DNA of 64,000 nt from Marsupella aquatica (taxonomy: Eukaryota > Plantae > Marchantiophyta): the NCBI GenBank assembly GCA_973895155.1, contig OZ316895.1, positions 4,715,181 through 4,779,180 on the forward strand, read 5' to 3'. The notes beneath the pieces were generated by a model that did no database searches, was not told the DNA's origin, and saw nothing but the letters and a program-made list of their open reading frames with translations. The position numbers and the translations under genes were made by a program. Below, piece after piece: positions 27,308 to 39,500 of the stretch (its first letter is position 1; each line of letters begins with the position of its first letter).

Positions 27308-28549
27308 GTATTTCATTCAGTAGACTGACCGATCTCTCACACTTCCATACTCCATACTCGGCCCACTTCACTCGTTCCCCCCCAACTGCCCAAGTTCCCC
27401 CCTCGCGGCTGTTGAGATTCCTCACGCAGTCGGGTGAGAGAGTCAGTGGTGAGCACTGTACTACTGAAAGAGTAGTCTACTCGTACTGTAGTAGTCTTTC
27501 GAGCACTCAAGTCCTCTGCTTTTCTGCTTTTCTGCTCCTCTCGTTCACACTTTTGCTTCGATACCCATTTGATTAGAGTTGAGTTGATTTGAGGAGCAGT
27601 AGTATTCGGCCGCCCAGCCGCCCTCCAGACCCAATCCCCTCAAGTTTCGGTTGCGCGCTTCTGCGGTGCAAAATTCTCTCCGGACGCGGTGGTGCTGGCA
27701 AGGAAGTGCCTCGGAGGAATCGCCTGGCGTGCCCCTTTCCTTCCTGCGTCCTGGGCAGCTTTTGTTTGCTTGCAGAGTGTGGTGGCACCGCCTAGATTCT
27801 GTATTAATTTTATATCGATCTATCGATCCATCGATCGATCGATCATTGGAGTGGTTGCTGGTGTTGAGTAGAAATCCCCCACCTCCTCCCAGCGGGGCTT
27901 CAGTCTGTGGCCCCTCGCCATTGCACGACAGTCGTCCGACCAACCCATCTCTTTTGCACTGCTGCTTTGCTTGGTGGCATTACTTCGCCGGACTAGAAGA
28001 GAAAAGCATAGTTTATGATAAGTACCGTACTTCACTGGCTGGATGCGTTGTGGATGATATCAGCGATACGGTAGTTTCGTTCACGGGAATACTCTTGTAA
28101 TCCTTGGCTTATCGATCGATCGATTGACTGATTGAGTGAGTGAGTGATTGGTCGATTGATCGGTCGATTGATTGCTTGGTTGAAAGATAAGAGTGTTGAT
28201 GTTACTGAGGGACTCACGAGAAGAATTGACTGATTTGATCGATTGGTAATTGTTAGTTGAGAATTGAATTGGAGACGGATTCGTTTGAGTTTGTTGCACT
28301 TCGGAGTGTGGTCTGGGAACCGCAGCAGGCAGACAAGTATGGTCGTCCGATAAGTTCTCGTGACGGGAATGGTGGAGAGGTAGCAAGAAAGGAGAGACAG
28401 AGCAGAGGAGGAAACAAAGAAAGATGAGCTAACGACAGGTGATTGCGACGTAGTCGTTGTCATCTCGGGAATGTACTAGAAGCGGAAAGGTAGGTGAAGC
28501 TGAGGAGGAGGAGACAGCTACTTATAAAGGTAGAGAGACCAGCGAAGGG

Positions 28550-30526
28550 ATGGAGGCGATGATGATGGAGATAATGAGCTTCAACGGGGTGGGGCCGGCG
28601 GAATTTCAGGGGGACATTTCAGCGAGCAACTGGATGGATGGTCTGATTAATGCACTGCAGAGCGACGTAGTGCAGGATCATGACAGTCCTCACTCCTCGT
28701 TTGTCGATGTGAGTGCCGGCAGCCAGCACAGTCCCACACCCTCGTCTTACGACGACACTCTGAGCTCTATTGAATCCAGGTCCTCATCAATGGGAGGTCA
28801 AAATCTCGCCACAAGCGCTGCTGTGGCACCCATCGTAAACGACGGCTGGTTCGATTTCGCCCCCACGACGATGCAGAGCTCGGGAGGAGCTGCTGCTGCC
28901 TCAGGCAGTATGTACTCGAGTGTCACGGGGTTCTCTTCTGATTCGAGACAGCGGGCCGCTCTCAGCCACACTCAATCCACAAACGATGGATCAGTGGCAG
29001 GCAGTGTTTCCAGAGATGGTTCTGTCTCGAGCTGCATCTCGAGCGGCACAAGCGGCAGCGGCATTTCCAATTATGGTGTGTCGTCACTTCCAAACAACAG
29101 CGCTTACATGAAGCAAGCTGCCGAGTATCAGTATCGGCAGCCGACTGCAGCTCAGAAGACACAACAGCAAGCTCAGCTGCGACAGCAGCCCACGAGCAAC
29201 GGGTGGAACAGTCACAGCCAATCGCAGAGACAGTTCCAACAGCAGCAGCAGCAGATTCAACAACAGCAGCATCAGCAGCATCAGCAGCAACAGCAGCATC
29301 GAGTGCGGCAACAACAATTTCAGTCACAGCAAGAGGTCTTGCGACCGAGCGTGCAACCAGCGGCCGAGGATCAGGGCCTCCGGTTGGTTCAGTTGCTAAT
29401 TGCCTGTGCACAATCGATTCAAATAGGAGATTTTTTGACTGCCGAGAACACGGTGATGAAAATCAACCAAACTCTAGCAATGGCTCGGCAGCACGGCGGC
29501 CCGATGAGCCGAGTGGCAGCTCATTTCGCCGAGGCGCTGACGAACCGGATCTATGGAACTCACGGTTCCCCCAACTCGCAGGAGGCCCGCAGTCAATCGT
29601 CAGCTGGAATATCACCCAGCGCCCTCTCCGAAATATTGCACCTCCAGTTCTACGAGACCTGTCCATACCTGAAATTCGCCCATTTCACTGCCAATCAGGC
29701 AATCCTGGAAGCATTCAAGGGTGCCAAGTATGTGCACGTAATCGATTTTAATTTAAACCATGGCTTGCAATGGCCTGCTCTCATTCAGGCGTTGGCCATG
29801 CGCCCAGGTGGCCCGCCCGTTCTGAGGTTGACTGGCATCGGCCCACCCGAAGCGGGGGATGATCACGACTCGTTGAAACAAATCGGATTAGACCTAGCGA
29901 AGCTGGCTGAATCGCTCAAGGTCAGATTCGAATTTCGTGGTGTGGTAGCCAATAAATTGGACGACATCAAGGATTGGATGCTTGAAGTCCGACCAGGGGA
30001 AGTCGTCGCGGTGAACTCCATGATGCAGCTCCACAAACTGCTGTACCAAGATGGGTGCAACCCAGCGGGAATCGACGATGTGTTGCGCACCGTGAAGAGT
30101 CTGAAGCCGAAGATCGTTACCATGTCGGAGCAGGAGGCGAAGCACAACTGCCCCGGCTTCCTGGACAGGTTCATGGAAGCTTTGCACTTCTATTCCTCCA
30201 TGTTCGATTCTCTGGAAGCCTCGAGCTGTCCTTCCGGCAGCGAGCAACAAATGCTGGCGGAAATGTATCTCGGAAGGGAAATCAACAACATCGTGGCTTG
30301 TGAGGGCCCCGAGAGGCTGGAGAGGCACGAGACTCTTGATCAATGGCGAATCCGACTACGCAACGCTGGATTCACTCAGATCCACATGGGACCGAACGCT
30401 TTCAAGCAAGCGAGCATGCTTCTCACCATGTTCTCAGGTCAAGGGTACCGAGTACAAGATAACCAAGGCTGCCTCACTTTGTGCTGGCACGACCGGCCCC
30501 TGATTGCAGCCTCCGCTTGGCATTGA
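28550..30526 (+). CDS. DELLA: GRAS-family transcriptional regulator of the DELLA subfamily (DELLA-like), intronless, 658 aa from the first ATG
   Basis: The ORF has all GRAS motifs in order: LHRI (LRLVQLLIACAQSI...MSRVAAHFAEAL), VHIID (FYETCPYLKFAHFTANQAILEAF...VHVIDF...QWPALIQALAMRPGGPP), PFYRE (FLDRFMEALHFYSSMFDSL) and SAW (RLERHETLDQWR...NAFKQASMLL...LIAASAWH*). These variants are typical of DELLA proteins. The N-terminus is S/Q-rich and low complexity. The ORF track starts at TTG 28457; the first in-frame ATG is 28550. Confidence 0.9.
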   Translation: MEAMMMEIMSFNGVGPAEFQGDISASNWMDGLINALQSDVVQDHDSPHSSFVDVSAGSQHSPTPSSYDDTLSSIESRSSSMGGQNLATSAAVAPIVNDGWFDFAPTTMQSSGGAAAASGSMYSSVTGFSSDSRQRAALSHTQSTNDGSVAGSVSRDGSVSSCISSGTSGSGISNYGVSSLPNNSAYMKQAAEYQYRQPTAAQKTQQQAQLRQQPTSNGWNSHSQSQRQFQQQQQQIQQQQHQQHQQQQQHRVRQQQFQSQQEVLRPSVQPAAEDQGLRLVQLLIACAQSIQIGDFLTAENTVMKINQTLAMARQHGGPMSRVAAHFAEALTNRIYGTHGSPNSQEARSQSSAGISPSALSEILHLQFYETCPYLKFAHFTANQAILEAFKGAKYVHVIDFNLNHGLQWPALIQALAMRPGGPPVLRLTGIGPPEAGDDHDSLKQIGLDLAKLAESLKVRFEFRGVVANKLDDIKDWMLEVRPGEVVAVNSMMQLHKLLYQDGCNPAGIDDVLRTVKSLKPKIVTMSEQEAKHNCPGFLDRFMEALHFYSSMFDSLEASSCPSGSEQQMLAEMYLGREINNIVACEGPERLERHETLDQWRIRLRNAGFTQIHMGPNAFKQASMLLTMFSGQGYRVQDNQGCLTLCWHDRPLIAASAWH

Positions 30527-33500
30527 TTGTTTGTGGGTGAGTGACGTTGTGCGTCAGTGGCATCTCCTGAACCCATCCACTTGATGACGAGATCATAGCG
30601 TCCCGTCCCTTCTTCAGAGAGAGAGCGAGAGAGAGAGAGAGCTCATGTAGCCATGCTCGCTAATCTCTGTCCATCGTAGAATCAATCTTTTTGACACTGT
30701 CTCCATCGATCCAATCCGCGACTGGTGCTTCTCGTCGACCGAGAAGGGAAGTAAGGGAAAGCGACGAAAAGGGAAGTAAGGGTGGGGTGCTCCTACACGC
30801 GTGTGCGGAAGAGAGATGACTCGAACTGCTGTACAAATGTAAAATGGCTTCGACTGAGGCGAGTGTTTTGTTTAGACATGGGAATCACACACACGTGATC
30901 CCTCGATGATTTCTTGGGGAGGTCTGCAATCCTTCAATGAGGATAGAGAGATTGAGGAAATGGGAAAGAGAGAGATCATGCCGCGCCCAAAGGAGAAGAT
31001 CAGCAGGTCATGAAGCCCTGAAAACGTAGGACAGTTCGTCACATCAGCTCCAATCGAATCCTGACTGCTTCCATTCAAGCTTTGCTTCCTCGCGCGGCAT
31101 CCTGTGCGGCACGCCAACGACAACAGCGGTAATGTTCGAAAAATGAGGAATAATGTAGTTGCGAAATATTCTTAGGCCTTGTTGAATCAAATTAGCTGCT
31201 CGATGTGATCACATTCGATCTACCTGTACTTTTCGTAGGTGCTAGCTAGCTAGCGACTCATTTCACTCGCTCACGCTTGGGATGAATGGAGAACCCATGA
31301 TAGCATCCCGTTCAATTGAATACTACTGCAGCGCAAGTCCAGTTATGGCTGACTGCTGCTGCTGCCATTGCCCTGGTGATATAAATGAAAAATCATACAC
31401 GGATCACTTTGCAAAGCTTCAACAATGATTCTTCCTTTTCTATTGCCATTCTTTGATCTCCCCTATGCTGCACCTGAGTTGTATGTTGTCTTTTTGAGTG
31501 TCATTCGTTATTGATTCTTCCCTATTCATTTCTGAGGTTGCTCTTTTCTCCGCATCCCTACGGTGGTTCTGATGGACTGGTCGTTCTCACCATAGCCTCG
31601 TTCTTCTTTTGACTACCTCGTCTTCCCCAAGTTGCGATATTCGCCTTTGTTCTTTAACGACTCTTCCCTGCTTATTGTGCGAAGGTTGCTTTTCTTCCCA
31701 TATTCTAGACCTGAGCGTCATATTGCCCGACGTCATTCTTCTCCCGACGTCATTCTTCTCTTATCCACAGAAGCTGCAAAGCTATTGATGAAACACTCTT
31801 AGGACCGCAGTGGGTACCAGTGATAACTGGATCTCTCTTTCGTGCCATGAAAGTTGCGGGAGACTCAGTTCCTCTAAATGCAAGCATGACTAATTCCAGA
31901 GCTCCCGTTAGAGTGGGCTAGGAAGGATACGAGATCAAGCTCTTCAGTGGAGCATTCTACACTAGGTTCGTCTCGGAATTCGCGGTGATGCTAGGTAAGC
32001 CTACATGGTTCAGATTACATAGGTGGACTCGCTTGCAATTGGCCATCAATTTTAGCTGGTGGGTTTCCTGTGACGAGCTGAGAACGCTGACGTAGCACCG
32101 AACTTGTGCACATCAATCCAAGTTAGTTCTCGTTACCTAGCTTTCTCGTATCGAGTTTGTTTGGTTTCGTGCCAGAACGACATAGTTTTCTCTGCAGTGG
32201 CACCGCGTTCATCATCAGTCGGTGCGTTGTCTGATGCAGCGTCCTTCTCTTTGCTTTCTCTACACCGTCAGGGCTCGAACGGTACGTCTCACACTCTCAC
32301 CCATCGGTCTCACATCTTTCTGTGTTATGGGCACACTGTTCAGAGTACCTCGTGGATTCGTCAACTTAATTCTCACGGCCATTGATCACCTATTTTAGGG
32401 AGGCTTTCAATAAAGGGCGCAGAAGTCACAGTTACCACCGAATTGGCGTGAATCTATCCAAAGTGCTTTCTTTGCCACGCTATGGTTCTAGTCTTTTAGC
32501 CGATGTGCGCTGGACGATGGTGGGCTCAACTCGGTCAGGCTACGGTATCATGGAAGGCCCGTGCTTGATCAATACTACCTCCGTGGAATTGGTCACTTTG
32601 TCGTCAGCCAGGGACTGTCGTCGATAGATGTCGACTCCTCAGTGACGTACTCCCGGTTGCTTCTTTAATTATTCATAACGTCGATCGAAGTATTGACCAT
32701 GTGCATGTGAATTGCGAACTTCCCACTATTGGGGCAGCCTAATTCTCCGGTAGTACCTGAGGTACATCAAATCCAAGATCTATCCTGGCCTCCATGTTGA
32801 ACCTCGTGCAAACTAGAACCACGGAACGGAATACCACTTGTCAGCTAACACCTCGAAATCACGAATGCCCGATCGACCTATTCCTATGGACACGTTGAAG
32901 GAAGGCCATGTAGAAACGAATGTCCAGGACACGCCCGGTTTTGGAGCGGGTCACAGATTTACAAGGCCTTTGCCACTGCCACAGTGAATAATTATTGGGG
33001 GGGGGGGTGTCACGTGGGTGGACGATGACTCTGTAGCTAGTCGCTAGATCACCCTGTAGACTAGATCCCTTCGTAAATCATCTCATCATTACAATGACGG
33101 TAATTCCTCCAGCTCGCTCTTATCTTAGACAAGCGCTCGTGGATTTTCTTGGTGGCGTTAAGGTTTGACTTATCCTACAGGACTCTTACCATACTGGTAT
33201 AGCTGCTTGAGCTTGAATGTAAAGTTTGATCACTGTACGCTTCTCCCTTATTCTGTGGCCTTCCACCTCTCTCTGTCTCGTTGGGTTCTGCTTTTCGGGT
33301 GTACAAAGCTCGGCCAATCCAGAATTCGAACCGTGCCGTCTTTGTGGTCCCAGGGCTGGCCCGCTCAGTCCCTATGAACATGAAATTCCATACAGTATAT
33401 TAGTTCCCTTTTCATTCGTGGCCTGCCCTTGCCGGCCTGGTAAACTATGGCGTACACATCATTACTCGCACTGTAGGCGATTCTTTGCATGGAGATTTTC

Positions 33501-36500
33501 CTTCTCTGTTGCCATATTTTGAGAAAGTCCACCAGAGTACAGATAATTGGCTGCAAACGACTTTGATGAGCGAAATGTACACGGGGACCTCTGCTCATCC
33601 CAGCAGGAAGCCAGCCAATGGATGCATGCAGGTCGTGTAGAGCATTTGCAGGCACCAACCTTCAAGGTAAGCTGAATCTTTAGTTGCGATTAGTCTGTAG
33701 TTGTTTAGTGCCCGTATTGCCATTTGTTAGATATAGGTACAACTAGTAGCTTCCTCCAAGCCGGCAGGAGAAGTCAGTTTTGCCGTGTTTGACATCTTAT
33801 ATGGTATTTTGAGTGTAGATCGTGGAAAACAAGGTTGCAGCTTTGCATACATTCGTTCTCTTGTAGTCCTTCTCCTTTTGGTAGTGACAACAATGCATTC
33901 ATATGGTTCTTGCGAAGGCGAAGAATGAAGACCTGAGAGAGAGACAGGAATCCTTACGGCTGTCTTTTTGTCATGGACGATGAGAATTGTTGAAGTCCCG
34001 TTCCTTCGCGACATTGGTTGACGTGACGCGAAGAATCAATGTTTACCGTGGATGCTGGGACAGCTGTGGCCCGGTTGAACAGGAAGGGGGATTTTAGTCC
34101 TGTTCCACCATAGCTTCAGTGTTCGCCGGGTAATGATCCCCCACAAGTTATGTCTCTGGCTTTTGTTTGCAGAGCAGGAATTATCCATGAGCCGAGCTTC
34201 TGCTCGTCAATTGGCACCAGGGCAGTTGTAAAGATGCTGCTCAACGACAGCAAAACGTGTATGCCAATTTGCTTACTTCTTCTATGAGAATGGTGGGGAT
34301 TGCAACCAAATGCAGATACGCTCAGCTGGTTATTCTGTTGGGGGAGTTTCCTGGCTCCAGAAGGGGTTCAGCAATGATAATCTTTCAACGATTGGAAAAG
34401 GGCATGCTCATATGCATCAATCTCTGGTATCGTGGGAAGTGTGGGGTATTGTGCCCTCCTCGAGATACAGTGTTCATAATTCTGATAAGTAATCCAATCA
34501 CCACGACATCTTAAAACATCCTAACTTGTCCTTCAAGAAACGAGCACACAATCGGTGACTGCTGTGAAACTATTACAGCCTAGAGAATTGAATACCGGCA
34601 GCTCTTTCCTATGGGGCATTGCAACGATCCCCATCTTTGCTACGGACTGAGAACGGCAGTATCCAATCTTTTAAATCCTTTTCTTTGTGCAAGGCGTCGT
34701 GCAGGTATAAATGAACAGTTTTGTGATGCGTCTTCACAAATCTGGCCACAACAGAATAATATGCTATCCACAGTAGTACCTCACTCCTGATGGAATCACG
34801 TGAACTTGGTATTACACCGGTCTTCTAAGCTTTGAATTGGCAGTCGTTCACCATATTCCAAATACTTTTCCTCATGCATGAAATCGTAGAAGAGTCGATG
34901 CAGCAGAAACTGAGATGCACGTCGTCTCACCACAGAAATTGAAGACTCGTTCCCCTCCGATGATTTATCACTGCTACAGATGTTTCCGAGAATCCATATC
35001 TGTAACCTCGGAATCGGTAGATGGAGTCGAGACACAGTGAGGATGAAAGGCGAACGCAATTTTGACCTAGTTGAAAGCAGCAAGAACAGCTCTTGATGCA
35101 CTCAAAAGACACTTTGCGGAAGCCCTCGACAACTACCTAGACCACAATAGCTGACACCCAGGGGAGGAGCTGGAAGACTCTTCTGGGAGCGAATCAAAGG
35201 GTAGCGATACAACACAGCTCGTAGAGCCTCACAGAGTCTGCTTGTGCTCCATTCAGAACCTGAAGCTCCTAGGCACAGAATGTTTCAAATGTTCACTCCA
35301 TAAACGAAACAATCATACTCTTTGCCTTGAAAAGAATTCTCGTTCCTTTAACTAAATTCTCGTTCAAATCAAGTTTTTTGCTTTCTCATTTGCCAACCTA
35401 CTACCGTCCTCTTGTGTTCATGAGCACCCATGTACTACTTTACCAATAATCTTGAAAATGTCAGAACAAAACAAAGAAGTCAAATGGGTATAACTGTGCG
35501 AGAGAAAGAGTGCCATTTCAAAAGACCAGTATTGGGAATAGCTACAACAATCCCCTAAATGTACTACCAGCTAATGTCCCACCCATTATCTGGTTCTTGG
35601 GACGGCCTCATTAAATCGAGGGCCAGGACACTGTATATAGCACACGAAACTCATCCTACTTCTGGCCATTGAAGATCATAAGTAATATCTCCTACGTGTC
35701 CGCAAGGACGGTCTCCTAGCTTTTTTCTTTCCATTGTCTCCTCAAGTATCTTCCCCTGACACTCGAGAGGTTCCATTCTCAAGGAGATTAAGAAGTTGCA
35801 AGGGATTCATAAGAACTGTCGCTACAGAAAGAGAGCAAACGCATACATAAGTAGTTATTCATCTGAGCAGGATGTCCCGAAACTATTTTCTGCTAGTCAG
35901 TTCTCGATTCAAATTCATCTGATAGTTGGTTCTCGAGTAAGTTTTCCCTGGAGATGAACTCGAGAACAAATCATAAGTTACACTGATAGTTGGTTCTCGA
36001 GTTCATCTCTAGGGAAACTCAAGTGTCTTTCCAAGGGCTTAGCACTTCTTCGGTGGAGAAAATCCTCCTATTTAAAGCAGCCCTTTGCAGCAAAACTTGT
36101 GAGAACCAATCATCACTCAAGAATAATAGAGAATATGTACATGTAAGATCTGCCTCTTGTTCTCCTTGAGACTTTCTCAATTATCAGCCACGGCCTGATA
36201 TCCTACACCTAAGTTATCTCCAGCAGAAGCGACTCTCAGACCAAAAACCTCCCAAATATGGACAGCTGATGAGCTTGTTGAAATTCACGAACGATTAGCT
36301 CGAACAATTCTCCCAGAGGCCACTCCAACAATTTCAAGAAGATCATGTCAGATCCGATCGAGCTACTCTACAAATCACGTTTGTTTGTATGCCTGAACTG
36401 AAGAGGCGATTCAACGTAGCGAGTGCCCAACGTCTGTTTTTGTTCTCTTCCCAGAGGCCTGCTTCTGGTTCGCCTTTCCTGTCCTGGTCATTGAAGAGGA

Positions 36501-39500
36501 AGAAAAAGAAGTATCCAAAATCAGAGATTTCAGCAGTATGGACTCGGGCCAAATTTTTTTGAAATCGAATCGACCCACACATTCAGTATTTTCCAAGTCC
36601 ATGCACCAATTTCTTTATGTCCATTTGTCTAGTACTCTATGTGAGATGCAAATCCTTACCTCGGATCTTTTGCGGTTGATTGTCCTTCTGAACCTTAATA
36701 TTAACTTTTCCGATCAAGAGCTTCCATTGACCAATGTATTGAGAGAATTCAACAGAAAGCATGCACTGAAGCCAATCTCCTTATTTTTTGCAATACACTC
36801 TAAAGCACTGCAATAGAATTAAGCCACTCAAAATTGACTTCCATTTATATGGATCTTCTTTGATTCGATTCCCATTCAGATTCTCAACAAAATGTCTCGA
36901 CTGGAGGTGTATCGGAAGCAAACGGGGAAACAAACGGAGAAGCAAAAGCATATCTCTAGTCTGACAAAATTAAGGAATACTGTCTAAATTCTTGAGTCAG
37001 TCGTCAAGAAGTACTGTAGCACCGTGCGGCTTGAAGGATGGGCAAGCCCTAGATGTGCCACGGGTGGATAGGGTGATTCTTCATCCCTGCCATAACCATT
37101 TGCTTCTTATAAATGACTCAAACCATGATCATCCAAGACCTCAATCCCAGAGCTTGACGACCGTAAAGATCATTGTATGACAAAGACATGGGGTACTTGG
37201 CTTCTTGAGACGAGTATTCGCAGGAGACAGACTGAAGCAAAAAAATGAAAAAAAAATGACTTGAATCTTCAAAGCGTGGATTGTGAAACCAGTAGAGTTA
37301 CTCGAAACAGATCTTTGAGAGATTTTTAATTTGTTTTTGCCTCGAACGATGGTTAATTCATCTACGAGAGATACATTCATTCAGTCAGAGTTCCTTCCCA
37401 GGTGTTCTCTGTCCTTGCTTCTCTACTTTCAAAAGCTTCAATGAGGCACACCTTTGTTCACTCAATCGTTCAAAACCATCGAGATACAAAATACAGTCCG
37501 TGCTCTGAAAAGAAAGATACTTCGACTTTTGAGTCTCTCGAGCTGTATTCATCACTGGTTTAGCATTTCAAGGGAGATTTTAAGACTATTGCGAATTCTA
37601 GAGAGTAGATCAGAATTTGGTTGAAACAGAAGTAGGAAAGAGAGGATGTGGTGCCAGGAGGGTAGTCGTACTTGCGATTCATGGTGTCTGGATAGCTCAT
37701 GACTATCCAGATTCTTAAATTTCACATCCATTCCAGTCTCACCTTAGTTTTACTCGACGCTTGAGGATAAAACTGAAGCCCTCAAGATTTGGATTGCGTT
37801 TTTCGAAGTAAGAATGGAGCTTCTTGGCCAGAAGAGATTCACACTGATCTCTTGATTCTTGTTTTTTGGACTGCTCTTGGAGTATGAGGTCCTTATGAGC
37901 TGCAAATTTCCACTTCCAACTTTCTGCCTGGCCCCACCTGTTGAACCTTGTAGTCGGGTTTATTCGTCAGATATAGTCTTGGATGGATTTCTGCAGCCAC
38001 TTGAGTACAGAATTATATCTTGTTGAGAGAATAGTACACTGTGCGATTGGACGGAGATTTCCCAACACTGGTGCAGTAAGTACTGTACATTGTTCACTGC
38101 AATTTGGTGTCGGACTCTACTCTGTTCATAGCAATTAGTGTTACTCACTGTCACTGACACTAACTAAAATTAAGGTGAGGCAATTTTTTGGCTGCACTCC
38201 TGAATTACTGTTACCGAAGAAAAAACAAATCTGAATTTTGAACAATTGTTTTTTGTCTATAGAAAAGAAGGTGGGTCCTCCAGGTTCCCCATGGCGATCG
38301 CATGCATGAATCAGTGTAGAAAAGTCCTATTCCCCTCGTATTGTTATAATTATCAGATTCCCACTCAAACTAATTAGATGCGAAAACTAATAGTAGTGAA
38401 GGGTGTACCTGTTTAGACATCCAACTTCTGAAATGCACATGTCAAGATGTTTCAAGCATCCAATGAAAAGGAGAGTGGCCCTGCAGGCCATGAGCAAAAT
38501 GGTGCTATTTCTTGCCAGACTTAGGCACCCAACATGCATTCATGGAAGCAAGACTTGCTCCATGACCCATATAGTATAGGATAACCGTGGTCCTCAAGGG
38601 GTTACAGGTCGTAGTCCCCAAGAGACCTTGGATTATGGCATAGACAGTGAGTGTAGTTTTTTACTATCTTCACCGGAAAACTTACATACAAGTCTGATAA
38701 TCCTAAGCTTAGCTGGCCAGAGGGTGATTACATACCAAAGTAACCTTCCTTTGCTTCACAAAACATCTCTATTCAGGGTGGCTTTACAAGCCTACTTCGT
38801 GGCCCATTCAGGGTAGGGTGTCCACATATCCTACATGGCAGTGGGCCCAAGGGAATGCTGATGTGGAGTGCTTATTTAGACTATCTCCGGAGGTGGTTCC
38901 AAACTCACATTAATTTATCTAACTTGGTTTCAAAAGAATTTTGGTTTGGAGTCTCTCTTTAGAAGAAAAAACAGCCTTCCAGTTTGTCATGGTGAAAAAA
39001 GTCCTCCATGTCTTGTAAAGCCACCCCAGTGAATGGTATAGGGATGACCAATCAGGACCCTCCAAACAAGCTACTGCTGTCAGCCCCTCCAACCTTGGGG
39101 GGGGTTGGCATCACTAAGTGTGGGCGCTACACATCCTGTGTCATAGTTTTTCCTATTTTCTCAATATAACCTTATCAAACTGAAAAGTGAATATCTATAT
39201 ACCAATCATGTCATGATATTGTGACATATCTGAAATATGAAGCCCTTTTACATAAAAATGGTTAAAAAGTCTTCCTAAGCCACTCAATTGGAGATAAAGT
39301 TGTCACTGGAAATGTATCTTCAAGGAACCTTGCTCAAAACCATAGTTGCATGTGGTAAGTATGCCAGATTGTTTGGGGAGATCTCCTGGAAACATTGAGG
39401 GCAAAAAGCTTTGAGTACCATTGACTGCTTCACATTTTACTCATAGCACCTCAAGTAATTTGCTCAATGGTAAAGGGATCAAACCATTTACCAAGGACTT

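Noticed and set aside
27545-28463. 130-150 aa ORFs on both strands upstream of the GRAS gene
   Set aside because: They mostly have non-ATG starts and are built from GATC/GATT microsatellite-like leader sequence, with no homology recognised.
28457-28549. 31-codon in-frame extension of the GRAS ORF from a TTG start
   Set aside because: It is a non-ATG start from the ORF caller with no recognisable motif, so ATG 28550 is the simpler start. A non-AUG extension cannot be excluded without Ribo-seq.
28920-30503. Overlapping and antisense ORFs inside the GRAS gene (e.g. 29203-29751 +, 28962-29411 -, 29894-30343 -)
   Set aside because: These are shadow frames of a GC-rich, low-complexity coding sequence with no independent motifs.
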